Positions 31,734 to 43,359 of a stretch of DNA of 64,000 bases are shown here, one piece after another. Position 1 is the first letter of the stretch; every line of letters begins with the position of its first letter. Under the pieces are notes generated by a model. It saw only the letters and a program-made list of their open reading frames with translations, ran no database searches and was not told the DNA's origin. Source of the stretch: Candidatus Babeliales bacterium (GTDB lineage: Bacteria > Babelota > Babeliae > Babelales > Vermiphilaceae); NCBI GenBank assembly GCA_963743635.1, contig CAVUQO010000003.1:128001-192000 (forward strand), given 5' to 3'. A program made the translations under genes and the position numbers.

Positions 31734-34700
31734 TTAATACATTTCTACGGTTGCAATAGCGCCTATTACTCCCGTTCCGCCCGCTATAGCCATATTAATC
31801 AGATCGCCTCCGTTGCAGCTGACAACGTTAGTATTGTTTTGGGCAAAGCCGGCAGTTCCGAGTGTAGTAGTGAGGGATGTAGCGGCGCCATTTTTATATA
31901 CAGTAAAAGTAGGACCCGTAGCGGAAACAATAGAAGTAGCTACCAAGTTTTTAAGTACGAGCGGATGAGGAGCTGTGATGGCGACACCAGTGTAGCTCGC
32001 ATATCCTGTTGGCGATACTGCTGTGCCCAGAATCATAAAATTGTTATTTACCGCGTTTACAATTTGTCCTGTAGTAGCCCACGTAATAAGCGATGAAGGA
32101 GAACTGGTAAAAAAGCCATTGGTTGTATTATCTATTAGTTTTGTACTATTTAAAACTATATTGCCAGACGATGGATTAATATCATACGCAGTGCCTCCGC
32201 TGCTGCTGCTGATTGTTGAATTGTTGACCGTTGTTGTTCCACCGGCATTTTGCACCCCATAAACCGTACTGCCGGATCCTGATGATGCAATAATAGGGCA
32301 CGCTGTAAGTGTACATGCAGTGCCGGTATTATAGACGCCAATAGCCTGGCCACTACCAGTTGACGTAGCGGTAATAGAAGATGAATTTACTATAGCCGGT
32401 GTAGGCGTATTATAGAGGGCATAAACGTAGCCTCCATTTGTACTTGCAACGCTGATCGGAGATCCATTGATAGTCAATACCCCCGACGTATTATAAACGC
32501 CGTAGTTAGCAGCGCCCTGTGAGGCACCGGTATTTGCCGATGATACAGTAATAGGCGATTCATCGATGATAAGCGGGGAGCTGGAGGAAAAATTATTGAT
32601 GCCATATACCCGAGCGGTAGTTCCTGATACGTTGATGGGCGATGAGTATATGCTGACGGTTCCCGAACTAGAAAAAACGCCATAAACGAAATAGCTGCCG
32701 CCACTAGCGCCTGCAGAAACGGTTATCTTTGATCCTATTATGGTAGACGTTGCTCCATTATTGACTCCCCATATACCAGCATTTGAAGAATTTGAAGAGG
32801 TAGCAGTAACCATTATAGGGGAATTAATAATGTTAACGGTACCTGATCCAGGAGTTACTCCCTGTATGCCATTGGCAGTAACGGCGGCAGTAATCGTGAC
32901 GGGGGAGTTAATGAGAGATAATGTTCCGCCGCCGCTCGGCGTATATGCGCCGAAGGTCCGCCGTACTTGTAGATGAGATAGTTAGGGGTGATGATGTTAA
33001 GGTAGTTGTTCCGGAACCATTACACTGTATGCCAGTTGTAGTACCACTAGCAGTTCCCGTTGAAACAGTCAGAGGTGATTCATTGAGCCTTGTGTTGGCG
33101 GAGCCAGTAGTATATAAAAAGTATGATGTACTGGAACTAGTGGTTGCCTAATGGTAGTAGCGATAATTAAAGGTAAGGCTGTTGCTGCCTTGCGAATAAA
33201 TAGCATAATAAATTCCTGAACTAGTCATGTTTATGGTTATGGATGATGAGTTTATGGTGCAAGTTCCGTTATTATTTACTCCATACAAAGTAAGAGTGCT
33301 GGAAGAAGATGCGCTAATATTTGAGGTGTTTACACCAACCGTTAATCCTGATGTTTCATTATATAATCAATAGCACGATTGTGCGGTGGCGCCTGAGCTC
33401 GTAGCCGCTATCGAGCAGTTCGTGATATTAAAGTTACCAGAGGCGGCATTAAGGAGCACGCCAGCGATAGTGGCGGTGGATGTGCTAGAAGTACATTGCA
33501 CCGCGATGACGCAATCTTCCAATACGGAAATTTCAGCACCAGGTGTTCCTGTGCTGGTAGAAGAAACGCCGGTCGCCGCTGCGGTACTTGAGGTGCTGAC
33601 ATTCAAGTTGACCGATTTGATTCGCGCGGTAGCTGATTGAGTGCCAGAAAGAGCAATACCCGTTAATGCAAAGGCGCTTGCGGTGCTCAAATTTAAAGAA
33701 ACGTTTTCAAGCCGTGAATATGAAGACATGGTTACTAATGTTGTTGCACTGGTAACGCTGAGCATTTCAAGCGTAACTCCCGAGGTGCCGACGTTGGTGC
33801 CAATGGTTCCGCTCGACGTAACAGTTAATCCCGCTCCTTCTGACATTCCAATTAAGCTTACATATGATGGTATCGTTATGCCGGCGGCGAGACTATAAAT
33901 GCCTGGCATTACCCAAATAACAATGGGATTGCTTGCGGAAGCTGGAAAACTTGATGCAGCAGTAATGGCAGCACCGATTGTTAGAAATGGTGCGCCATTT
34001 ATAGCTCCCGTACTATCATTTCCATTCACCGCATCAACACGCGCAACGTTACCAAGAACGGATACGCTCTGATACTCAGTGATCCCGCGCCAGTTGCATA
34101 CACAATAGACTTATCCGGAGTTGTGAGGTATGCAAAAACCGGATTGGCGCCCGTTGAGCCGAGCAAGACTTGTCCATTATTGCCAACGGGAATAGAGGTT
34201 AAATTTCCCGAACTGTTACCGACTTGCACGGCGAAAGGAGTCGTTGCTTGTGATGATACCACGCCCGTTGCGTTGGTGCTCATGACGCCGGTGCCGAGTG
34301 AGTTGAGTATAGTAGTTCCTGTAACATTGAGTCCGCCGGCAGTTGCAATCAATCCATTGCTTGCAGTGATAGTGTTGGATGCATTAATCCTGCCCGTTAC
34401 ATTGAGATTACCAAACATATTGAGATTTCCGGTCATATTGAGATTGCCCGGCACATTCAAATTTCCGGTCATATTGAGATTGCCCGTCATATTGAGACTG
34501 CCCATTGAGCTGATGCCGCCAGCATTTACCGTTAAGCCGCCCGCAGTTGCAATGAGTCCATTGCCTGCAGTAACCGATCCAGAAACTGATGGGCTATTTA
34601 CTAAATTGACGCCAACAGTATTTCCCGATCCGGTGGTGGTGATATTTGATCCACCAGTAATATTAAGAGCACCGGCAGATGGAACTGCAGTTCCTGAGTT

Positions 34701-36250
34701 TGTAGGGAATGAAGCAGGAATGGTGCCTGAAGTTTCCAAATCAAGACTGTTTGCGCCGGGTGTGAAAGTAATGGTATTGCCGGTAGAAGTGAGTGAAGCA
34801 AACGCAGGAGCAGCACTCGTTGAGCCGATGAGAACTTGTCCGTTACCGCCAACGGCAATTGAGGTTAAATTTCCTGCTGCATTACCAATTTGCACGGCAT
34901 TGGCAGTCGTTGCTTTTGATGGTATTACGCCCGTTGGACTGGCGCTCATGACGCCCGCGCCGAGTGAGTTCAGTATAGCAGTCCCCGTAACATTGAGTCC
35001 GCCGGCAGTCGCAATCAATCCATTGCCTGCAGTCACTGATCCAGAAACTGACGGGCTATTTACTAAAGTGACGCCAACAGTATTTCCCGATCCGGTGGTA
35101 GTGATATTTGATGCACCAGTAATATTAAGAACACCGGCAGATGGAACTGCAGTTCCTGAGTTTGTAGGGAATGAAGCAGGAATGGTGCCTGAAGTTTCCA
35201 AATCAAGACTGTTTGCGCCGGGTGTAAAAGTAATGGTGCTTGATGTTAAATTTGCAAACGCAGGAGCAGCGCCTGCTGCGCCGATGAGAATTTGTCCGTT
35301 GCCGCCCACACCAAGAGATGTTAAATTTCCTGCTGCATTACCAATTTGCACGGCATTGGCAGTCGTTGCTTTTGATGGTATTACACCCGTTGGACTGGCG
35401 CTCATGACGCCCGCGCTGAGTGAGTTCAATATAGTAGTTCCCGTAACATGGAGTCCGCCCGCAGTTGCAATCAATCCATTGCCTGCGGTTACTGATCCAG
35501 AAACTGATGGGCTATTTACTAAATTGACGCCAACAGTATTTCCCGATCCGGTGGTAGTTATATTTGATCCACCAGTAATATTAAGAACGCCGGCAGATGG
35601 AATTGCAGTTCCTGAATTCGTAGGAAATGAGTCAGGAATGCTGCCAGTAGTGCTGATCGTGACCATAGAGTCTGAGCCACTGGTAGTGATATTTGATCCG
35701 CCAACGATATTAATATTGGCCGCAGCAGGAAAAGCTGATCCATTATTAGTGTTGCAAAGAAAGATTGTTCTTTTTTCCGCGGCGATCTCATCGATATCAA
35801 ATTCTCGCTCAATAATCACCTGTGGATAATGTGCGTGATCAGTTTATCAAGATACGTTTGCAAGATATTGATGGTCTTATTCTCAGGATCGATTGTTTTG
35901 AGTGCTGATTGTTCAAGGAGATTAATCAATGCTGTAATGGTTACCGAAAGGAGCTCAAGCGAGTGAATGTGCTGCGCTTCCTTCAGAAAAAGCGTGAGAT
36001 CTATACGCTTATCAAGTTCTGGATATTGAGATCTGAGTGATTCAATTGCATTTTTGATGGAATCGGGAATGTAGGCAAAAGTGATCTCAGAATGTTCAAG
36101 CATGAAGATGCGATCTGCATCGGTAAGATATTTTTTTGGTGTGGCAATGTTTGCTGCAAAAGTGCTGAGTGCCGGCTCGCTCATGCCATCACAAGAGAAA
36201 ATGGCGGTTAAATAGAGAAGAGTCCATAATAATGTATTGATTTTCTTCAT
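31734..36250 (-). pseudogene. Disrupted paralogue of the 1539-aa fibre/beta-helix protein (real decay or assembly errors)
   Basis: Colinear with 36277-40896. Indels at about 35835, 34070 (GGG to GG), 33150 and 32960; in-frame TGA at 33367. Confidence 0.75.
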
Positions 36251-36276
36251 GCAGTTCCCTTTTTTATAAAACTCTT

Positions 36277-39200
36277 TTAATACATTTCTACGGTTGCAGT
36301 GATGACGCCCACTCCGGTTCCACCAGTCATAAACATATTGATCCGATCGCCTCCAGCGCAGCTGACAACGTTGGTGTTATTAAGGGCGTAACCGGTAGTT
36401 CCCAGCGTAGTAGTGAGTGATGTGGCACTGCCATTTTTATATACCGTAAAGGTAGGCCCAGTAGCAGAAATAGCGGAAGTAGCTACCAAGTTTTTAAGAA
36501 CGAGCGCATGAGGAGCAGTGAGGCCTACGCCAGTGGCGTTAGTATATCCAGTTGGCGATACTGATGTGCCCGGGATCAAGAAACAACCAGCAGATGAGCC
36601 AGACGCAATTTGTCCTGTAGTGGCCCATGAAAGCAGTGATGAAGGAGAGCTGGTAAAAAAGCCAGTCGATGGCGTTGTATTATCTACCAGTTTTGTACTA
36701 TTTAAAACTATATTGCCAGTTGATGATGATGGATTAATATCATACGGAGTAGTGCCTCCGCTGCCGCTGATTGTTGAATTGTTGATGGTTGTTGTTGTTC
36801 CACCGGCAGCATTTTGCACACCATAAACCGTACTGCCTGTTCCTGATGATGCAATAATAGGAGATGCGGTAAGTGTGCATGCAGTACCGGTATTATAGAC
36901 GCCAATAGCTTGACCAGTTCCTGTTGAAGTCGCTGTAATAGAAGATGTACGTATTGTGGTCGGCGTGCTTGTATTATAAAAACCATAAACCCAACCTACA
37001 CCTGAAGTTGAGACGCTCATGGGTGATGCATCAATAGTAAATGTTCCGGCTGTATTAGAAACGCCATAGTTGGCGCCTGGTTGAGTAGTAGTAGCGTTTG
37101 TAGATGATGCCGTAATCGGCGATTCATAGACGCTGCACGCTGTACCAGCATTTGATATGCCATATACTTGGGCGGTAGTTGCTCCTGTTACACTCATGGG
37201 CGATGTATAGATATTCATAGTGCCGGCTGTATTTTGCGCTCCATAGAGAGTTCCCGTGCCTGATGAAACGGTCATATTAGATCCCGCTAGAGTAAACGTT
37301 GTGCCGCTATTAAATACACCCCATGCCAGCCCGCCGCCTGTTGTAGTAGCAGTAATGGGTGAATTGTTGATGGTGCACGTTGTTGCCGTGTTATAGACGC
37401 CATAGACGGTAGCAGTACTTGTTGAGGTAGCGCTTATGGGCGATGAGTATATGTTGACGGTTCCCGCAGTAGTGGCATTTACTGCATATGTGGTGCTGGT
37501 TGCTAATGAAGATGATGCGGTAATGGGTGAGTTGTTGATCGTTATGCTGTTGCTAGCACTTCCTGCTGGTTGGGCTATTCCGGTTACTACAACAGAACTT
37601 CCACTACTATTAGTACAGGTGACTGTAATAGGAGATGAGTTTATTGCCATTGAAGCATTGGAGATGGTATTATCAACTCCCGTTATAGTCGTGGCAGTCC
37701 CTGAGCTTGATACCGTCACCGGTGATGCATTCAGTGTGTTAACGCCGCTTTCTATGCCATATATATTTGAGGCGCCGGTTGAAGACACGTTTATTTGTGA
37801 ATTATTTACGGTTATTGTATAGCCGGTGCTAGTGCCAGGTGCTAAAATGCCCCATGCTGTTCCAGAACTCGGAGTTGATGTTGAGAGACTAATATTAGAA
37901 TTATTTATTATGGTGCTGGAGGTGGTTGCGCTGTATATAACGGCTATGCCGGCAGATGGGGGAATGGTTTGTGTCCCAGAGAGCGCAACGTTTATAGAGC
38001 AGTTGGTGATGTTAAAATTGCCAGCGCCATTACCTCCAGTTACTCCGAGATTATTATATATGCCATAGGTGATGCGCCCCAGATTAGAGGCTTGAATCGC
38101 TATGGTACAATCTTCCAATACTGATATTTCGGGCCCGGGCGTTCCTTTCGAGTTATTCAGAACACCGTAGACGTTGCCTATATTAGTTCCATTCCCGGTA
38201 ACGGTCATATTAAGATTAACCGATTTAATACGGGCGGTAGCGCTCACGGTGCCCGGCGTGCTCGTAGTACCGAGCTGTATGCCGACATCATTAGTGGGTG
38301 TTGTGTTTGTGAATGATAGATCATTGATAATTAAATTCACATTTTCAAGGCGGGAATAATCTGTCATAGTGACCAGTGTAATCCCGTTTGGATTGTTTGG
38401 TGATTGAATGGTAACTCCCGAAGTGCCGACATTGGTGCCGATGGTTCCGCCAGAAGTAACGGTTGATCCGGCGCCTTCTGAAAGCCCAATAAGACTGACG
38501 TATGATGGTATTGTTATGCCGGCGGCGAGAATATAAACGCCTGGCATAACCCAAATAACTACGGGAGTGGAACTTGTTGCTACTGCGCTTGCAGCAGTTA
38601 TAGCAGCGCCGATTGTTAGAAATGGTGCGCCATTTATAGCTCCCGTACTATCATTTCCATTCACCGCATCAACACGCGCAACGTTACCAAGAACGGGATA
38701 CGCTCTGACACTTAATGATCCAGCGCCAGTTGCATACACGATAGAATTATCCGGGGATGTGAGGTATGCAAAAACCGGATTGGCGCCTGTTGAGCCGAGC
38801 AAGACTTGTCCATTATTGCCAACAGCAAGAGAGCTTAAAGTTCCCGAACTGTTACCGACTTGCACGGCGAAAGGAGTTGTTGTTTGTGATGATACCACGC
38901 CCGTTGCGTTGGTGCTCATGACGCCAGTGCCGAGTGAGTTCAGTATAGTAGTGCCCGTAACATTGAGTCCGCCGGCAGTTGCAATCAATCCATTGCTTGC
39001 AGTGATGGTGTTGGATGCATTGATGGTGCCCGTGACATTGAGATTACCAAACATATTCAAATTGCCGGTCATATTGAGATTGCCGGTTAAGTTCAGATTG
39101 CCGGTCATGTTGAGATTACCGGTCATATTGAGATTGCCAATTGAGCTGATGCCGCCGGCATTTACCGTTAATCCGCCCGCAGTTGCAATCAATCCATCGC

Positions 39201-40896
39201 CTGCAGTAACCGATCCAGAAACTGATGGGCTATTTACTAAATTGACGCCAACGGTGTTTCCCGATCCGGTGGTAGTTATATTGGAGCCACCGGTAATATT
39301 AAGAACACCGGCAGATGGAACTGCAGTTCCTGAACTCGTAGGAAATGAGTCAGGAATAGAGCCCGCAGTTTCTAAATCAAGACTGTTTGCACCGGGCGTG
39401 AAAGCAATGGTGTTGCCGGTAGAAGTGAGTGTAGCAAACGCAGGATTAGCGCCTGTTGCGCCGATGAGAACTTGCCCGTTACCGCCAACGGCAATTGAGG
39501 TTAAATTTCCTGCTGCATTACCAATTTGCACGGCATTGGCAGTCGTTGCTTTTGATGATACCACGCCCGTTGCACTGGTACTCATGATGCCGGTACCGAG
39601 TGAATTCAGTATAGTAGTCCCCGTAACATTGAGCCCGCCGGCAGTTGCAATCAATCCATTGCCTGCAGTCACTGATCCAGAAACTGATGGGCTATTTACT
39701 AAATTAACGCCAACAGTATTTCCCGATCCGGTGGTGGTGATATTTGATCCACCAGTAATATTAAGAACACCGGCAGATGGAACTGCAGTTCCTGAGTTTG
39801 TAGGGAATGAAGCAGGAATGGTGCCTGAAGTTTCCAAATCAAGACTGTTTGCGCCGGGTGTGAAAGTAATGGTATTGCCGGTAGAAGTGAGTGAAGCAAA
39901 TGCGGGTGCAGCACCCGTTGCGCCGATGAGAACTTGTCCATTATTACCAACACCAAGAGATGTTAAATTTCCTGCCGCATTACCAATTTGCACGGCATTG
40001 GCAGTCGTTGCTTTTGATGATACCACCCCCGTTGCATTGGTACTCATGATGCCGGTGCCGAGTGAGTTCAGTATAGTAGTACCCGTAACGTTGAGTCCGC
40101 TCGCGGTTGCAATCAATCCATTGCCTGCAGTCACTGATCCAGAAACTGATGGGCTATTTACTAAATTGACGCCAACGGTATTTCCCGATCCGGTGGTAGT
40201 TATATTTGATCCACCAGTAATATTAAGAACGCCGGCAGATGGAATTGCAGTTCCTGAATTCGTAGGAAATGAGTCAGGAATGGTGCCTGCAGTGTTGATC
40301 GTGACCGTAGAGTCTGACCCACTGGTAGTGATATTTGATCCGCCGACGATATTAATATTGGCCGCAGCAGGAAAAGCTGATCCATTATTAGTGTTGTAGA
40401 GAAAGATTGTTCTTTTTTCCGCGGCGATCTCATCGATATCAAATTCTCGCTCAATAATCACCTGCGAATCATGTGCGATCAGTTTATCAAGATACGTTTG
40501 CAAGATATCGATTGTTTTATTTTCCGGATCAATTGTTTTGAGTTCTGATTCTGCAAGAAGTTCAATCAATGCCGCTATCGTTGCGCTGAGAACATTAAAT
40601 GAGTGGACGTGCCGCGTAGTCTGCAGAAAGAGCGTGAGATCTATGCGAGTGTCAAGTTCAGGATATTGAGATCTGAGTGATTCAATGGCCTTTTTGATGG
40701 TATCGGGAATGTAGGCAAAGTGGACATCGGCGTTTTCACGCATAAAAATGCGATCTGCATCGGAAATATATTTTTTTGATGTGGAAATAGTTGCTGCAAA
40801 AGTGCTGAGTGTAGACTCGCTATTGCTATCGAACGAGCAAAAGGTTCCTAAAAATATGAATATCAATAACAATAATAATGTACATTTTTTCATCAA
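36277..40896 (-). CDS. Large secreted fibre/adhesin: pro-domain, about three 154-aa tail-fibre-like repeats, GNLNMT hexads, right-handed beta-helix
   Basis: 462-nt internal repeats; VDAVNGNDSTG..PFLTIGAAI beta-helix cap; S/T/G/N-rich. Confidence 0.85.
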   Translation of the reverse strand: MMKKCTLLLLLIFIFLGTFCSFDSNSESTLSTFAATISTSKKYISDADRIFMRENADVHFAYIPDTIKKAIESLRSQYPELDTRIDLTLFLQTTRHVHSFNVLSATIAALIELLAESELKTIDPENKTIDILQTYLDKLIAHDSQVIIEREFDIDEIAAEKRTIFLYNTNNGSAFPAAANINIVGGSNITTSGSDSTVTINTAGTIPDSFPTNSGTAIPSAGVLNITGGSNITTTGSGNTVGVNLVNSPSVSGSVTAGNGLIATASGLNVTGTTILNSLGTGIMSTNATGVVSSKATTANAVQIGNAAGNLTSLGVGNNGQVLIGATGAAPAFASLTSTGNTITFTPGANSLDLETSGTIPASFPTNSGTAVPSAGVLNITGGSNITTTGSGNTVGVNLVNSPSVSGSVTAGNGLIATAGGLNVTGTTILNSLGTGIMSTSATGVVSSKATTANAVQIGNAAGNLTSIAVGGNGQVLIGATGANPAFATLTSTGNTIAFTPGANSLDLETAGSIPDSFPTSSGTAVPSAGVLNITGGSNITTTGSGNTVGVNLVNSPSVSGSVTAGDGLIATAGGLTVNAGGISSIGNLNMTGNLNMTGNLNLTGNLNMTGNLNMFGNLNVTGTINASNTITASNGLIATAGGLNVTGTTILNSLGTGVMSTNATGVVSSQTTTPFAVQVGNSSGTLSSLAVGNNGQVLLGSTGANPVFAYLTSPDNSIVYATGAGSLSVRAYPVLGNVARVDAVNGNDSTGAINGAPFLTIGAAITAASAVATSSTPVVIWVMPGVYILAAGITIPSYVSLIGLSEGAGSTVTSGGTIGTNVGTSGVTIQSPNNPNGITLVTMTDYSRLENVNLIINDLSFTNTTPTNDVGIQLGTTSTPGTVSATARIKSVNLNMTVTGNGTNIGNVYGVLNNSKGTPGPEISVLEDCTIAIQASNLGRITYGIYNNLGVTGGNGAGNFNITNCSINVALSGTQTIPPSAGIAVIYSATTSSTIINNSNISLSTSTPSSGTAWGILAPGTSTGYTITVNNSQINVSSTGASNIYGIESGVNTLNASPVTVSSSGTATTITGVDNTISNASMAINSSPITVTCTNSSGSSVVVTGIAQPAGSASNSITINNSPITASSSLATSTTYAVNATTAGTVNIYSSPISATSTSTATVYGVYNTATTCTINNSPITATTTGGGLAWGVFNSGTTFTLAGSNMTVSSGTGTLYGAQNTAGTMNIYTSPMSVTGATTAQVYGISNAGTACSVYESPITASSTNATTTQPGANYGVSNTAGTFTIDASPMSVSTSGVGWVYGFYNTSTPTTIRTSSITATSTGTGQAIGVYNTGTACTLTASPIIASSGTGSTVYGVQNAAGGTTTTINNSTISGSGGTTPYDINPSSSTGNIVLNSTKLVDNTTPSTGFFTSSPSSLLSWATTGQIASGSSAGCFLIPGTSVSPTGYTNATGVGLTAPHALVLKNLVATSAISATGPTFTVYKNGSATSLTTTLGTTGYALNNTNVVSCAGGDRINMFMTGGTGVGVITATVEMY

Positions 40897-41194
40897 CCGT
40901 TCCTTTTTTAATTCTTTTTAAGAACGTAACAATTTTATGCTCTATTTGCCCAGTTTTTTGATATGTTCCATGATTTTTGCATACTACAATAAAAATAAAT
41001 GCGGCACAATATTAGCCATTAGTGCCTGTATTATCTGTTCTTCTTGCTTTTTGCATCGAGCGTTGCGGCTCAGAAGAGACAAGCTCAATCTTAAATATAA
41101 AACTCATCATTGCTCTTCACGAGTTGCTTTGTTATATAGTATTCAAGTTTAATCCAAACATGTACGTACTATGTTTTAAAAAAGGAGCAATCGC

Positions 41195-41836
41195 ATGATG
41201 AAGCAAAGAATATCTCTCGGCAGCTTAATAATGGCCATAATATTGAGTAATACTTTGTATGGCGCTGGCGCAGTGAGTTCAGCAAATTCCACTATAGACT
41301 TCCCTCATGATCAGGCATACATCAATACGAACTATCCCACTATTATTGGCACACTGCGTGATGATAATGGCAATCCGGTTACGAGTGAAACGGTGCAAAT
41401 TATACTCGATGGTTATTCCATTGGCAGTGCAACATCAGATGGAAATGGTATCTATCGATTTCCCGTATCGCAGGCATTGCCCGATGGACAATATCAACTT
41501 TCAATCTTTTGCGTAGAATCCCAAGTAATTATAGAATCCAATCAATTTAATATTGATACCATCGCGCCTTCTATCACCATCACCTATCCGCAAGATGGTC
41601 AAGCCATCACCACCAATTCCGTACTCTTTGCGGGTACTACTGAACAAAATGCAATGGTTATGGTTTTTGTTGACGCAGATATGTTTGGCAACATATGTTA
41701 TGCCGATGAAAATGGAAACTGGTCTATTGAGTATGAGTTAGAGAATGGTAATCACACGATTGCAGCACAAGCAACTGATATAGCGGGCAATCAGGGATAT
41801 ATGTCTGATGTAATCAATTTTTCAGTGAATTATTAA
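41195..41836 (+). CDS. Secreted Ig-like (Big) domain protein
   Basis: SDGNG.Y, LPDGQY, IDTIAP.ITITYP, ATDIAGN. Confidence 0.85.
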   Translation: MMKQRISLGSLIMAIILSNTLYGAGAVSSANSTIDFPHDQAYINTNYPTIIGTLRDDNGNPVTSETVQIILDGYSIGSATSDGNGIYRFPVSQALPDGQYQLSIFCVESQVIIESNQFNIDTIAPSITITYPQDGQAITTNSVLFAGTTEQNAMVMVFVDADMFGNICYADENGNWSIEYELENGNHTIAAQATDIAGNQGYMSDVINFSVNY

Positions 41837-41945
41837 TCCGCCGCCACTTCGATGGCGCACGGCCACGCCGAAATGCAATGGAGGTGGGTGATAAATCCGC
41901 CGTCGCACATAGTGCTATGGCGCGATAAATCCTCCGCCTGCCTCG
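41836..41945. repeat. GC-rich short palindromic repeat cluster
   Basis: ATCCGCCG..../GATAAATCC recurring with small hairpins in an intergenic region. Confidence 0.45.
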
Positions 41946-42032
41946 ACGTAAGAAGGTCGCGTTAAAAAGGAAAGGGATGTGTATCTCACTAATTCGTTTG
42001 TACTTATCATTGTTCAATAAAAGGAACTTTTT

Positions 42033-42998
42033 ATGTTTATAAAAAATAATATCTCAAAAATAGTTGCATTATCGCTCATTGCATCAACGATTCATGCGGT
42101 ATCGCTTGATCCTCTTTTTTCATTTGTTGCCTCTCCACGTTTGCACGATACGATCGTGGTGCGTGGACCAGTGGTAATGGGCGTGGTTACTGATACGAGT
42201 GGCAAGCCAGTAAGAAATAAATTAGTAACGGTTTACGTTGATAAACGTAAAGTGGCGGTGGTGCCAACTAATAATCATGGTGTATGGTCATATACCCTGA
42301 ATCAAGCGCAATATCTGCAAGACAGTGCGCATATGGTGGAAGCGTGCGTAACGTTGTCTGCAACAAATATGGTGTGGACGCAGGCAACAATGTTTACGGT
42401 GCAAGCATCGCGGCAAGCTACGCATAGATCTGGCAATGTAAATGTTGCTAATTCTGTAATCAATTTCCCATTTGGGTACGTCAATACGACGACTCCAATT
42501 ATAGTCGGCAGTTTGTTAGATGCGGGATATAACCCAGTGGGTAGTGAAACAGTTAACGTACAAATAAATGGCGTTACCGTTGGAACGGTTACTTCTGATA
42601 GCAATGGCGTATTCTCATATCCGGTTGCCACCGCGTTAGCTGAAGGTAATTACACGGTCGGAGCACAGTGCGTGCAATCTGCAGTTGATTTAACGATCAA
42701 TGATTTCACGGTTGATATAACGCCACCCGTTGCACCAATCATAACCTATCCTGCTCAAAATAGTACGCTTACAACCACTGATGTGATAATTACCGGGGTT
42801 ACTGAGCCAAATGCAACGGTTACGATTTATCTCGATGGTAATACCTTTGGTGATATCAGTTATGCAGATGGATATGGTAACTGGTCTATGGAATATATCT
42901 TAAATGATGGGTTCCATTCGGTGAATGCGCAAGCAACTGACTTGGCGAATAATACTGGTCCAGTATGCACTACCATCAATTTTAACGTGAATGCGTGA
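42033..42998 (+). CDS. Secreted Ig-like (Big) protein with extra N-terminal Ig domain
   Basis: Paralogue of 41195; SDSNGVFSY, VDITPPVAP, ATDLANN. Confidence 0.85.
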   Translation: MFIKNNISKIVALSLIASTIHAVSLDPLFSFVASPRLHDTIVVRGPVVMGVVTDTSGKPVRNKLVTVYVDKRKVAVVPTNNHGVWSYTLNQAQYLQDSAHMVEACVTLSATNMVWTQATMFTVQASRQATHRSGNVNVANSVINFPFGYVNTTTPIIVGSLLDAGYNPVGSETVNVQINGVTVGTVTSDSNGVFSYPVATALAEGNYTVGAQCVQSAVDLTINDFTVDITPPVAPIITYPAQNSTLTTTDVIITGVTEPNATVTIYLDGNTFGDISYADGYGNWSMEYILNDGFHSVNAQATDLANNTGPVCTTINFNVNA

Positions 42999-43096
42999 AG
43001 AGAAAGAAAAGAGCATATTAAGAAGCGCTGTTATGAGATAAGGTGAATTAAAATTGAACCTATTTTTTTTTTACGATAAAATACAAAACTTTTTCC

Positions 43097-43270
43097 CCGT
43101 TCGCCCTGAGTGTTTTTCATTGCCACGCTTGCGAGGAATGAAAAATGTGCCGAATGGGTTAGGGGTAAAAGGGCTTTGGATTTTATTATAAATAACAGTC
43201 ATAATTTGATTCCGTATCACCCATTCGATACATTTCGATCCATGCGGATCGAAACACTCAGGGCGAACGG
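43097..43270. repeat. REPIN/MITE-like element with 19-bp perfect terminal inverted repeats
   Basis: CCGTTCGCCCTGAGTGTTT ... AAACACTCAGGGCGAACGG, plus inner IR CGAATGGGT/ACCCATTCG. Confidence 0.75.
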
Positions 43271-43359
43271 AGACGACAATCTCTTTGGGCGAATATTGCT
43301 TTCTGGATCAATTGAATAAGAAACGATATATCAGAATGTTTTTAATAATAAGGAAATTC

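Noticed and set aside
34123..40399. Long + strand ORFs (568 aa and 610 aa) and similar ones at 45-51 kb
   Set aside because: Antisense shadows of G/T/S/N-rich fibre genes; no RBS or signal peptide, and they mirror the repeats
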